Assembly (NCBI GenBank): GCA_963514005.1
Contig: OY740789.1
Coordinates: 69,192,001-69,256,000 of the forward strand
DNA from: Raja brachyura
Taxonomy: Eukaryota
DNA: 64,000 bases
Direction of reading: 5' to 3'
Numbering within the stretch: position 1 is the stretch's first letter; every line of letters begins with the position of its first letter. The position numbers and the translations under genes are program-made. Below, one piece after another: positions 1-12,197 of the stretch. The notes beneath the pieces are model-generated. The model made no database searches, had not been told where the DNA came from, and saw nothing but the letters and a program-made list of their open reading frames with translations.

Positions 1-1353
1 CAACTAAAAAACACCTTGAGGAAAAAAAAGCACACATCGAATTAAAAAAACACAAGAGCTCGAGTAAAAAGCCTGCCTCGGCTAAGCAAACATCCATCTC
101 CAACAAATCGCTGGAAACAAATCGCATGTAAAATTCCCGCCCTGACTTAAAAAGACACACCTTGAGGAAAAAAATGTTAAAACTCCGCTTCACACCTCAA
201 ATAAAAATCGCACCGAGATTTAAAAAAAATACCTCTAGTAAATAAAACGAGTAAAAAGCCCGAGTTAAAAAGTTTTTTAAAATGTAACTGGAGTAAAAAG
301 CACATCGAGGTAAAAAAAAATACGTACTGCGCTTAAAAACAGTATCCAATGTGTAACACGGGCTAACGATGAGCTGGTGACCACGACGTTCTTTAACCAA
401 AGTGGCAGCAGGAGGCGGGACCGTCCCTCTTACACCACCCGCCCCCCAACTCTATTCTCCTCCGGCTTCGTTCAATCTTCAGGAACGGATTTTTGAGCGG
501 GAAACAGAGGTGGTCCACCCCTCATGTAAACACCCCCCCCCCCAACTAAACAGTTACAAAAACACCTCGAATAAAACCAACCGAGCTAAAGAAAAAACGA
601 ATAAAACAAAAGACCGCCTCGACTAAATAAACATCCATCTCCAATAAAAAGTTGGCTTCGACTAAAAATCACAATTAAAATGCCCCCGTCATGTAAACAA
701 CCTGCTCCAGTAAACCACCCCGATTAAACTAAACAACCGTCCCGACCAAACACCTCGAGTAAAACATCCAACGAGTAAAAAAGGAGAAAACCTCAGCTCG
801 AAGAAAAAAAACCCTCGAGTTTTGAACGCATGTCGAGTAAATAGAAACCAAAACTAAAAACCTCGCCTCGACTCACCCCCCCCCCCCCCCCCCACCTCGA
901 GTTAATGAAAGCACGCCGAGTAAAATATACCAATACAAAGCCAGCCTCGAGTAAATCAACACCGTGAAAAAAGACACAAAAAAAACACCTCGAGTTAAAG
1001 CACACGCCTCGAGACACAAAGAACGAGTTAAATTCCCCCCTTGACTAAAAAACACACATCGAGTAAAAAGCACATCGAGTTACAAAACACACCCCGAGTT
1101 TAGATTTTAAAAAACGAGTAAAAAGCCCCCCTAAAGTTAAAAAAAAACTGAACTCGAGTAAAAAGAACATAAGAGTTATTTTAAAAAATGCCTCGAGTAA
1201 AAACAAGAGTAAGAAGAAGAGTCCTCGGGCTTCGGCATGAGGGGATTTTTGAACGGGAAACCGAAGCGGAGAAAGTTTTCGCTGTCGGCGAAACCCGCGC
1301 CCTCCACAAGTACCGCACTGTAGTGGACAACCCCTCATGTAAACAACCTGCCC

Positions 1354-1448
1354 AGGACTGAAGAAGGGTTTCGGCCAGAAACGTCGCCTATCTCCTTCGC
1401 TCCTTAGATGCTGCTGCACCCGCTGAGTTTTTCCAGCCTTTTATGTAC
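1354..1448 (+). mobile_element. 95-bp 3' end of a Penelope-like element inserted in the satellite
   Basis: Near-identical to 8027-8115; flanked by CCTGCCC at 1347-1353 and 1449-1455. Confidence 0.85.
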
Positions 1449-1599
1449 CCTGCCCCAGTAAACACCCACCCGACTCAACATCAGCCTCTCAACAACCACC
1501 CCGACTAAACAGTTACAAAAACTCCTCGAGTAAAACAACCAACTCGAGCAGAAAGCACAGGTCAAGTAAAATCACACGAGTTCCTCACCTCACATGCAT

Positions 1600-1806
1600 G
1601 TTTAAGAAGGAACTGTAGATGCTGGAAAATCGAAGGTAGACAAAAATGCTGGAGAAACTCAGCGGGTGAGGCAGCATCTATGGAGCGAAGGAAATGGGGG
1701 ACGTTTCGGGCCGAAACCCTTCCTGTCTGAAGAAGGGTTTCGACCCGAAACGTTGCCAATTCCCTTCGCTCCATAGATACTGCCTCATCCGCTGAATTTC
1801 TCCAGT
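1600..1806. mobile_element. Palindromic (inverted-arm) Penelope-terminus element
   Basis: Left arm is the reverse complement of the right arm; right arm has CTGAAGA...GAAACGTT at 1727-1754. Confidence 0.8.
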
Positions 1807-4623
1807 TAAAAACGCATGTCGAGTAAATAGAGATCACTTGTAAAAAGCTCGGCTCGACTAAAAAACCCATCACGACTAAAAAACACACCTTAACACACAA
1901 CGCACCGAGTAAAATAAACTAGGAGATAAAATAAACAAAGGCTAAAAAAAACACACCTTGAGTTAAAAAAAAACACACGCCGAGTCACAAAGAACGAGTA
2001 AATTTCTCATCTTAACTGAGAAACAAGTCTCGAGTAAAAAGTACATTGAGTTGCAAAACCGTGAGTTTTAAACAAGCACAAGTAAAAAGCCCGCCTCGAC
2101 TAAGCAAACGCACATCTCCGGTAAAATGGGAGATGGTAAATGGTAAAATCCCATCTTCAACAAAAAAAACACATCTTGAGGAAAAAAAATCACTTAAAAA
2201 TAGCCGCTACGACTAAAAATCACACCTCGCCTAAAATTCCCACCGTGTTAAAAAAAAACATACCTCGAGTTGAAAAGAGCTGGTGACCACGATGCTTCTT
2301 CCCCAGGGCGGTTCCGGTCTGGAGGCGGGAACCGGACCCGTCCGCCTTCTAAACACTCGCAGCACCAACGCTGATCGGACCCCGAGCTTCGTCCAATTAG
2401 CACGAACGGTTTTTTGAGCGGGAAACCGTGGCGGAGAAAGTGTTCGAAGCCCGCGCGCGTCGCAAGTACAGCTCGAGTGGACAACCCCTTATGTAAACAA
2501 CCTGCTCCAGTAAACATCCAGCCCGCCTAAACATCCACCCCAGACCAAACAACCACCGCTCAGTTACAAAATCACCTTGAGTAAAACAACTAACGAGTGA
2601 AAAAAAACGAGCAAAAGCACAGTTCGGGTTAAACCAATTTCCCGAGTTAAAAGAAACCAGTAGTATTAAGCCCGCCTTAACTAAAAAAAAACACATCTAA
2701 AGCCAGGCTCGAGTAAAAACATACGTTAAAATACCCCGAGCAAAAGGAAACCACGAGTAAAATGCCCACCTCGAGTAAAAACACCAGTTAAAAATTACAC
2801 CTCGAGTAAAAATCCAACCTTTCCAATACAAAAAAAACGAGTAAAAAGCTCGCCTCGACTAACAACAAAGTTTTAAACAAAAAAAAACACACCACGGATA
2901 GAAAGAGTAAAAAGCCCCCTCTGACTAAAATTATACTTCGAGTAAAAGATAACAGGGCTAAAAAGCCCACCTCGACTAAAAACACACCTCAACTAAAAAT
3001 CACATTTCGAATAAAAAAAAGCAGAGTTAACACACAAATCTCGAGCAAAAGAAACGAGTTAAAAAGCCCGCCTCAAGTAAAAAAACTAATCTCGAATTTT
3101 AAAAAACCCACCTCGAATAAAAAATCCACGAGTAAAAAACTAACATGGACTCTAAAGCCACCTCGAATTTAAAAAAAACGCACTTCGAGTAAAAATGGAC
3201 GAATAAAAATGACGCCTCGAGTACAAAAAAAAACACCTCGAACACAGTTCTCATAAAAAGAAACGAATGAAAAGCTCGCCTGGACTTTCGTCACCTTGTG
3301 TTAAAAAACACACCTGGAAAAAATCCCACATAAACATACATCGAGTTAAAAAAAACACATCGAGTATTTAAAAAAAACGAGTATAAATAGCCCGCCTCAA
3401 ATAAAACTCACGAGTAAAAAGCCCGCCTCGACTAAAAAACACACCTCAAGTAAAAAAACTCACATCGACTGTAAAGCTACCCCGAGTAAAGAAAGAAACA
3501 TCGAATAACCAACCACCTCCATTGAAAAATACTTGAATTTAAAAAAAAACGTCGAGTAAAACATGATTTCGACACTAAATCTTATTGTTGTTCAGAAATA
3601 AAATGTGAGCATTTTAGAATGCTCGTTGTCAGGACCCTATATGTTGTCGATATATCTCAGTGCTAATGGGCTTTGTAAATTGAACATATTGATTTGATGA
3701 CACAATGTAATGTAATGTATTCATGTAACATATTTCCTGTATCATGTACGTGTTTTATGCATAACATTAAAAAATAATAAAGATATCTTACATATTTGCA
3801 CAGCCCCCCCTCCCTCAGCCGAATTCACGCTTGCTGACCAAGGTGCCGATCTAACCTAGTCTCTTGTGTAACTTGTATTTGGCCCACATCTTTCTAACCC
3901 TTTCCAATCTAAGGACACACCCAAAAGCCTCTTGAAAGTTGTAATTGTACCCACTTCTAACACTCCCTCTAGCAATTCATTCCATATACCCTCAAGTAAA
4001 AATCACACCTCGAGTAAAAACACTCAACAAGTTACAAATAAAACAAGTTACAGTAAAAAAACACAAGGAAACGATCCACCGCGCCTAAAAACACACCTGG
4101 AGTTTTTAAAAAAACGAAATGTGGAAAAAATGGTTCCCCCAGGCAGATCCCTTTAATTCTTTCAACTTTTATCTTAACCAGTCCCCTCTAGTTTTTCAAC
4201 TTCATTGCCCTTGAAAAAGCCCGCCCGATCAGATCATCACCTTTAATGCACAGCTTCTGCCTCTCGCCAATCGCAGCTTGCAATTGAGTTGGCTGAGGTG
4301 CGGATAAGACAGTTGTCTTCCCATCTTTAATAACAAAATTTAAAATACATTTGGACAGGCGAATAGATAGAAAAACTTTGAAGGGTCTGGGCCAAATGAG
4401 ACTCACCGAGAATAGGCATCTTGGTCGTCGAGGTCGAACTGGGCTAAAGAGACTTTCCTATCTACCCTATGTGACTCTGTAACTGTTTACCAAGAAGGTC
4501 CAGCGAGGGGTTTGGTTGTTGTTGTCACGGCACCGCGCACTGATGGAAAGGACTGCAACGCAGGATCCTACTACCACATGCTACTGAGGGGCGGATCCTA
4601 TGTAACAGCCTATGAAAAATACA

Positions 4624-4845
4624 CGGAGGTAGACACGAAATACCGGAGTAACTCAGCGGGACAGACAGCATCTCTGGAGAGAAGGAATGGGTGACATTTC
4701 GGGTCAGCCTGACTTTGAAAAAGGGTCTCGACCCGAAAGGTCACCCATTCCTTCTCTCCAGAGCTGCTGTCTGTCCCGCTGAGTTACTCCAGCATTTTGT
4801 GTCTACCTCCGATTTAAATCAGCATCTGCAGTTCTTTCCTACACA
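4624..4845. mobile_element. Palindromic Penelope-terminus element
   Basis: Inverted arms at ~4624-4706 and ~4730-4811, plus a ~35 nt one-sided extension. Confidence 0.8.
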
Positions 4846-5804
4846 TTTGAGAAATACTCTATTGATACTTAAAGATGAAACATTAGTGGAGTATTGCTAC
4901 CATACAACATTGTTTCCACTCACCTACACATTGAAAGGTAAGCAAGACATAACATTATAACTCCAATTAGTCTGGCACGTTTTCGATGTTACAATAGTGT
5001 CGCCAGAATTATATGTTCGATAATATATCAGACTGGGCGATTGACAGGGTTTGAAGGGTCCTAACTCAAAATGTCGCCTGTCCATTCCCTCCACAAATGC
5101 TGCTGACGGATTGTTCCTCCAGCACTTTGTGCAGAGTTGATTTGTGCATGTTTTCAGCTGACAGAAGCCAACATTGTAATGGATTTTTTGAGCCAAATAA
5201 CTGAACGATCTCCTGATGCAGAATTTTAGCCCAAAACATCGACTACCCCTTTGCCTCCACAGATGCTGCCCGCTGAGTTCCCGGAACAACTTTTGGTTTG
5301 CTCCAGTTTCCAGCATCTGCAATTTTTGAATTATCCTCTCATTATTTCAGTCTCGCAGATATCCGTTTTGCTTGAAGTCCTTTTCTTATTTCCAAGCTTA
5401 GTTTTATCGTCGAACGAACCAATATTAGGCAAATTATACGTCAAGCCTATTGCCATCTGTTCAAATACGGAGAGGTACATGTGATGAAAATCTTATTTGA
5501 AAGTTAAAAAAATATAACTTCAGATCTTTGCCTGTTTTGTATCTTGAATATTCAATTTATTCTGAGAACCGTGTAAAAGATTTAATGTTAATTGTGAATG
5601 TTAATTACTGCTGTTTTATTTGTGCATCCATTTTTCATGTTCTATTAAGTAATTTGTTTGAACTCAAAATACATCTATTTAACTTATCTTTCGCTAGAAG
5701 TTTATAATACAAGTCCCATTTTTCTGAAGGAGAATTTTTGAATATTTATTCAGGTGTATTTTTCCTGATTGGTTCTTTGTTAATGTTGCATTTTGTGTTT
5801 CAAG

Positions 5805-5872
5805 GTACTGGGCAAGCCAGAAACTGCTGTGGACTTAAATAAATCCAAGTATTAGCTTATTACATGATGTTG
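5805..5872 (+). pseudogene. CHUK: Disabled CHUK/IKKalpha-like exon, VLGKPE/NCCGLK*IQVLA/LLHDV
   Basis: AG/GT bounded, 68 nt; matches CHUK LLNKPENCCGLKESQILSLLSDIG but has two 1-nt deletions and a TAA where Glu is expected. Confidence 0.8.
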
Positions 5873-6493
5873 GTAGTTTTTTTTTAAATGCCTATTTATA
5901 ATTTAATAAGATTTCTTACAGAAGATGTTGATGGTCTGGTCAGGTGGGCAGGAAAGTGGAAAATGAAATTTAAACTCGAGACATGCGACACATTGCCCTA
6001 GGGGACATGCAACGAGGCAAGGCAATGCATTGCAAACAGGAGGATGATGGGAATTGTAAAGGAGAAGAGGGAACTTGGGGTGAATATCCATAGGTCCTTC
6101 AAGAAAGGATGGATATATTAGAAGGCTGAACGACATATGGAATGCTTTTGTTTATTAGCAGATGAAAAGAATACGCAGGAAACAAGATTACGCTGGAAAT
6201 GTACACAATGCTTGTTCAGCTTGCCTATTGTGAATCATTCTGGTTATTGCATCATAGGCTGGACATATTTTCACTGAGAGGGTTCAGATCTCATATGAAA
6301 TGAACTGTGAAATTAGTGAAAGCACTGGGGAAAGATTGCATCCTGAGGTTGTTTTATTTTGGAACCGATTAGCCAAATGGCCTCATAATCTCATGAATAT
6401 TCTGTGATCTGATCAATATAAAGACACAAACACACATTCTCTATTTAAAACAAATCTGCCTTCACCCACCATTTTGCATTGAATTTTAACCAG

Positions 6494-6582
6494 GTTCTGG
6501 CATTGAATATTTACGTAACCACAGAATTATCCACAGAGATCTGAAACCTGAAAATATTGTGTTGCAAGAAGATAATGGCAAG
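6494..6582 (+). pseudogene. CHUK: CHUK/IKKalpha-like catalytic-loop exon, [30 protein letters not shown]
   Basis: 89-nt exon with ccag acceptor and gtaag donor; [12 protein letters not shown] is the IKK signature. The frame is open, but the preceding exon is disabled and no further exons were found. Confidence 0.85.
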
Positions 6583-6868
6583 GTAAGAGAAATGTAAAAG
6601 TACTTAAAAAAAAAAGTTTGAACTCTTTCCTCTGTGGTTTTCCTACCACAATTTAAGAGAAATGGGGATATACACTTTATTGTATTGCCAAATACCAGCT
6701 AACCTCTTTCTTCCTTTAAAATCAGCATTCCCTTCCCAAAATTTTACTTTTGTTCCTCTATTCACAATAATCCCAACAATGCATTTTTGTCCCTTTATTC
6801 TTGCAACTATTGCACCATCTTCAGTCTTTGCTTCTCTGCAAGATGCTTGATTGTACTATCAAATCTGA

Positions 6869-8116
6869 CTCTATTGCAGGTGATGCACTCCTGACTGACA
6901 TCCACTACAAACCAACTGATTCCCACAGCTACCTGGACTACTCTTCCTCCCACCCTGCTTCCTGTAAGGACTCCATCCCCTATTCCCAATTCCTCCGTCT
7001 ACGGCGCATCTGCTCCCAGGATGACGTGTTCCACACCAGGTCATCGCAAATGTCCTCGTTCTTCAGAGAACGGGGTTTCTCCTCCCCCACTATAGATGAG
7101 GCTCGCACCAGGGTCTCCTCCATACCCCGCAACACTGCCCTCTCTCCCCATTCCCCCACTCACAACAAGGGCCGAGTCCCCCTGGTCCTCACCTTTCACC
7201 CCACCAGCCAGCGCATACAACAGATAGTCCTCCGCCAGTTTCATCACCTCCAACGTGACCCCTCCACTCGCCACATCTTCCCATCTCCCCCCCTGTCTGC
7301 CTTCCGCAAAGACCGCTCCCTCCGCAACTCCCTCATCAATTCTTCCCTTCCCTCCCGCTCCACTTCTTCCCCGGGCACTTTCCCTTGCAACCGCAAGAGA
7401 TGCTACACTTGTCCCTTCACCTCCCCCATCCACTCCTTTCAGGGACCCAAGCAGTCATTCCAAGTCCGACAGAGGTTCACCTGCACTTCCTCCAACCTCA
7501 TCTACTGCATCCGTTGCTCCAGATGCCAGCTGATCTACATCGGTGAGACCAAGCGGAGGCTGGGCGATCGTTTCGCCGAACACCTCCGCTCGGTCCGCAA
7601 TAACCAACCCGACCTCCCGGTGGCTCAGCACTTCAACTCCCCCTCCCACTCCGTATCCGACCTCTCGGTCCTGGGCCTCCTCCACGGCCAGAGTGATCAA
7701 CACCGCAAGTTGGAGGAACAGCACCTCATATTCCGCTTGGGGAGTCTGCATCCTCTGGGCTTAAACATTGAATTTTCTCAATTCTGTTAACCCAGACTGC
7801 CTCCCCCCCACCTCTCCCTCAGCCCTCTGGCCCTGACATTCCTTCTCCATCTCCCCCCCCCCCCCCACCCCCCCCAGTCGCACTAGCTTCTCATTTTCAC
7901 ACCACAAATAGCTTACAATGGCCTGCTTCCTTTATCACCAATACTTTTTTGCATATCTTTCACTCATTGTTCCTTATCTCTCCACATCACTGTTTATATC
8001 TCTCGTTTCCCTGATCCCTGACCAGTCTGAAGAAGGGTCTCGACACGAAACGTCGCCTATCTCCTTCGCTCCTTAGATGCTGCTGCACCCGCTGAGTTTC
8101 TCCAGCCTTTTGTATA
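6869..8116 (+). mobile_element. 5'-truncated Penelope-like (Poseidon-type) retroelement: RT C-terminus plus GIY-YIG endonuclease
   Basis: Frame open to TAA at 7790 (YKPTDSHSYL; NLIYCIRCSRCQLIYIGETKRRLGDRFAEH). 14-bp TSD ACTATCAAATCTGA at 6855-6868 and 8117-8130. Confidence 0.93.
8027..8054 (+). ncRNA. Minimal hammerhead ribozyme-like motif in the Penelope terminus
   Basis: CUGAAGA-A-[GGGU CUCG ACAC]-GAAA-CGUC. The copy at 1727 has a perfect GGGU-UUCG-ACCC stem. Activity is not shown. Confidence 0.6.
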
Positions 8117-9249
8117 ACTATCAAATCTGAGCCTACTTCTCAAGCCTCATCAATAGGTTTCCATCATATTTAAACCTCAGCTTACACAATGTCGAATGAA
8201 TGACAGTGGCACGTTTTCCATTCCAGACAAGGTACTAGACCATTCTTCTATAGCACCTCTTTTGTACAATTTAGTTGAGCTGCCTTTGCTCTGTTCCATT
8301 CTTGCTTGTCTATTCGTATCCAGGGATTCACTGGCTGTGATTTATTCCCGCATGCCTGATGTTAGTTATCAACGTTCCACATACATGAAGCTTGGCCCAC
8401 TTCCTGGTTCACTTCATGACTGAGTTCCTGTTGGTGTGGTCTGAGTTGCTTTCATTGAAGCCTACCATAGCACTTGTCAGTGATGAGCAGACAATACTCT
8501 TCCAGACATTACACACTGTACCAGTAAACTTGGATGTAAAAATAATCCTTGGCAACTATGTAATTCATTTATGTTCAAACATTTATCAAGAACTGCTGAG
8601 TTATTTTTGTTCCTGTGAATTAACAGTATACTATATCACCAAAACTATGTGATTCAAACTGATCTCTTACATATATTTCAATGATTTTTTTCTTATTTTC
8701 AATATTTTTATTTTTATGGGACTAATTTCACGAAAGGCTCTTCAGGTACACAAGATTGCAGTGGCAGTAGTATTGGCTTCATTCACCAAATTGTAGTCCC
8801 ATCAATGCTTCATCATCAATCTGAGTTTTAATTTCTTATATAATTGAATAGCAGAGTAGACTTGATGGGCCAAATGGCCTAATTCTACTCCTATCATTTA
8901 AGATCTTATGACCGTATAGTGAGATGATGGTGGAAGAACATCACAGTAGTTACATTTTATTGGTAAAAGGCACGACAGCATGGATGACCCACATAACAAC
9001 ATTTAATTTTTATTGAAATTGTTCATTCACATGCACATACGCACACACACACACATGCACATACACACAAGCATATACACGCACTCACTCCTTTAGGTTT
9101 ACTTCCCACACCCCACTTCCAACCACCAGTCCATGAGACAGTCTCCAGCTCCCAGGACATTTAGTTCAAACGATAATTAGGATTAGCAATCAGTGATATC
9201 TAGATTATGTTGATTATCACCTTTTAAAAACTACAGGCATTTAATGCGC

Positions 9250-10085
9250 TTATGCAGAACTGCAACGTCCAAGTTCAGGAACAACTTTTTCCCTGCAGCC
9301 ATTAAACACAATAACCTCAAATAAGCTCTGAACTACATAGACTATTATTTAGAAGATTAATACGGAGAGTTGGTTTGTCAAGGAGGACTCTCTCTAACCT
9401 CTACAGGTGCACAGTAGAGAGTTTGCTGACCGGTTGCATCGTGGCTTGGTTCAGCAACTTCAGCACCCTGGAGCAGAAAAGACTACAGAAAGCAGTAAAC
9501 ACTGCCCAGTCCAGCATTGGCTCTGACCTTCCTTCCATCAAGGGGATCTATCGCAATTGCTGCCTCAAAAAGGCTGGCAGCATCATCAAGGACCCACACC
9601 ATCCTGACCACACACTCGTCTCCCGGCTACCTTGAGGTAGAAGGTACAGGAGCCTGAAGACTGCAACGACCAGGTTCAGGAATACCTACTTCCCCACAGC
9701 CATCAGGCTATTAAACTCGGCTCGGACAAATCTCTGAACATTAATAACCCATTATCTGTTTATTTGCACTTTATCAGTTTATTTATTCATGTGTGTATAT
9801 ATTTATATAATGGTATATGGTCACACTGATCTGTTCTGTAGTCATGCCTACTATGTTATGTTGTGCTGAGGCAAAGCAAGAATTTAATTGTCCTATCAGG
9901 GACATACGACAATAAACTCTCTTGAATCTTGAATCTTATGGAATCACACACTGAACCTTTTTTCCTCTCTCTTGTTTATTATATTGTTTACAGTGTACTA
10001 TGTTTACATATTCTATGGTGCTGCTGCAAGTAAGAATTTCATTGTTCTAGTGGACATATGACAATAAAACACCCTTGACTTGACT
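9250..10085 (+). mobile_element. Nested Rex1/Babar-type LINE 3' fragments
   Basis: YRCTVESLLTGCIVAWF...IIKDPHHPDH peptide, homologous to 29326-29817; GACAATAAA followed by short-repeat tails. Confidence 0.75.
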
Positions 10086-10879
10086 CTGAGCTGGCCTTGC
10101 TCCCTTGTTTTGCCCAAGGCAGGAATTAAGGTTTCTAGATTGATGTTAATTGCAAAGGTGACCCTGTCTGGCTGCGATTTTTACAGCAAGAAGTGGACAA
10201 ACTGCCTTGACTCCTGGCAGATGGGATTCATTTAATCTGTCAACACGGTTCACATAGACATGTTGTGATGAAGAACCTGTTCCTGTGCAGCACCGTTCTA
10301 CATTATAACTAAGTTTTGCCTCTCTTGATTAATGCACCATTCTGTGACATTCTTGTTGATTATTCCCTGTATTGGTGTCACAGTTGAATGAATGTCAAAT
10401 GTCACTTGTGAGAGAGAGTTACCAACATCCATCCCTCATAGCTGTAATTTGTGGCCCATCCACTAAACCCAGATTCTACAATCAGTTGAAATATCTTATG
10501 TTGTTACTCGTACAATTGACAATTAACTGTTCCTGATCCTCTGGACTCTTGATGTCACACAGGTGCCCCCTAAAATCATCCTTTAATCATGTAACTTTAG
10601 AGGATTCGTCTACTTTGGCTACAGTCTGTGCAAAAACATTGGTGACCAAGTATCATTCTTTTAACATCCTCAACAATCAATATATATATCCACGGTGTGG
10701 GCTCAAGTATGGAGTGTGGTCTTCTCGGTATGATTTGCGTCATCTTTCCAACTGAATTGTTCCACAAGGGGCAAGTTAAATAAACTCCATGAAATCCTAT
10801 TGACAAGATTTTGCCATGGACCAATTGCTCTCCATTCCTCAGTCTATTTCATTTATCAAATATAGGAACAGAGATCAAT

Positions 10880-11178
10880 GCAGCATGGTGGTGCAGTGGT
10901 AGAGTTGCTGCCTTACAGCGCAAGAGACCCAAGTTCGATCCTGACTATGGGTGCTGTCTGGACGGAATTTTGTACGTTCTCCCCGTGAGCAATCTCCGAG
11001 ATCCTTGGTTTTCTCCCATACTCCAAAAATGTACAGGTTTGTAGGTTAATTGGCTTGGTATAAATATAAATTATTCCTAGTGTGTGGAAGAAAGTGTTTG
11101 TGTGCAGGGTTCGCTGGTTGGTGCGGACTCGGTGGGCCGAAGGACCTGTTTGTCATGTATCTGGAAACTAAATTAAAT
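10880..11178 (+). mobile_element. tRNA-derived SINE (HE1/V-SINE-like); other copies at ~12743-13070, 14809-14876 (head only), 25303-25545, 40999-41297 and 55035-55350 (-)
   Basis: A-box TGGTGCAGTGG and B-box GTTCGATCC, shared core, and CR1-type tail TGGGCCGAAGG. Confidence 0.85.
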
Positions 11179-12197
11179 TCAAAAATTCAACTATGTACTG
11201 AAGATTAACAAGCAAAGACATCAATTTCTTTGTGAGATATCCAGTTTATTATGTTTTCTTACATTTGTTTCAAAAATGCTCAACAAAATTAATCTCAACC
11301 ATCAACTGCACAATTGTGTCGTTGTTCAACTGAATCCAGTCAGTGAATGTTCCTCAGGGAAAATATTTATTTTAATTATTGTACAGACATTACTATTATT
11401 TACAATTATATTTACTCCAGTAGTAATCAGACTATTAACAGCAATACCTTCCTGTTCGTAATCTGTGATATACCAATGTCAATACTGTTGACCAATTGTT
11501 TTTGTTCCAGATTGAACAAAAATATTCTAGTTTTAAACTACAAGAGCAACTACCAACTCGTAAGGGTTGTGCCATTACCCAGCACTGTTTTAGACCATTG
11601 ATATTTTAACTGGAGCTCTGGTGTTTTCTCCTTAAGTCCTATTTTAGGATTTATCTAGTCTGAAGAAGCAAATTCTCTGCTGGGAAGATCGCTGGACAAC
11701 CTGGGCAAGAGGGGAGATGGTGATGGGGGATCAAGCAGAGAGGAACTGGTTGTGAGTGAAAGGAGGGGGTTGAAGATGGAATGCGTTTCAAAATGAACTG
11801 AAGCATGTTGTTGGGATCAGTGCAGCTTTTATGGCTATTTCAATAGTGACAATCTCAGACCGAAATAGGTAATCCATGATAGACACCATTTTTGGGTGGT
11901 CAGTCCACGTTGTCTTGTTTGATAATGCCCAAATGCTGAGGATCTAGCCTTTGGTCTTAACAAGAAAAGAAACAACAGTTCCCACATCATAACGAGGAAC
12001 CACTGTGTTAAGCAGAGAAACCTGTATGTTAAGGCTGGGAAACCACCACTCTAACGACAAAAGGCCACTGCCAAGCCAACTGCAGGGGAGAATGGGGTTA
12101 GGAGGGAGAGATAGCTCAGCCACGATTGAATGGTGGAGTATACTTGATGGGCTGAATGGCCTAATTTTGCTCCTATCACCAATGAATCCCCAGTTAT

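Larger units (their letters stand above)
1..3565. repeat. Degenerate A-rich satellite with ~17-25 bp units like AAAAACACACCTCGAGT; a further patch at ~3990-4120
   Basis: Dozens of CTCGAG/TCGAG/ACGAG/TCGAC cores separated by A-tracts, with strong strand asymmetry. The ORFs here are low-complexity artefacts. Confidence 0.85.

Noticed and set aside
1-3565. CRISPR array, coding ORFs or CENP-B boxes in the satellite
   Set aside because: There is no constant repeat with unique spacers and no cas genes. The ORFs are F/L/V- or K/N/T-rich by-products. The TTCG sites I checked do not fit TTCG-N4-A-N2-CGGG.
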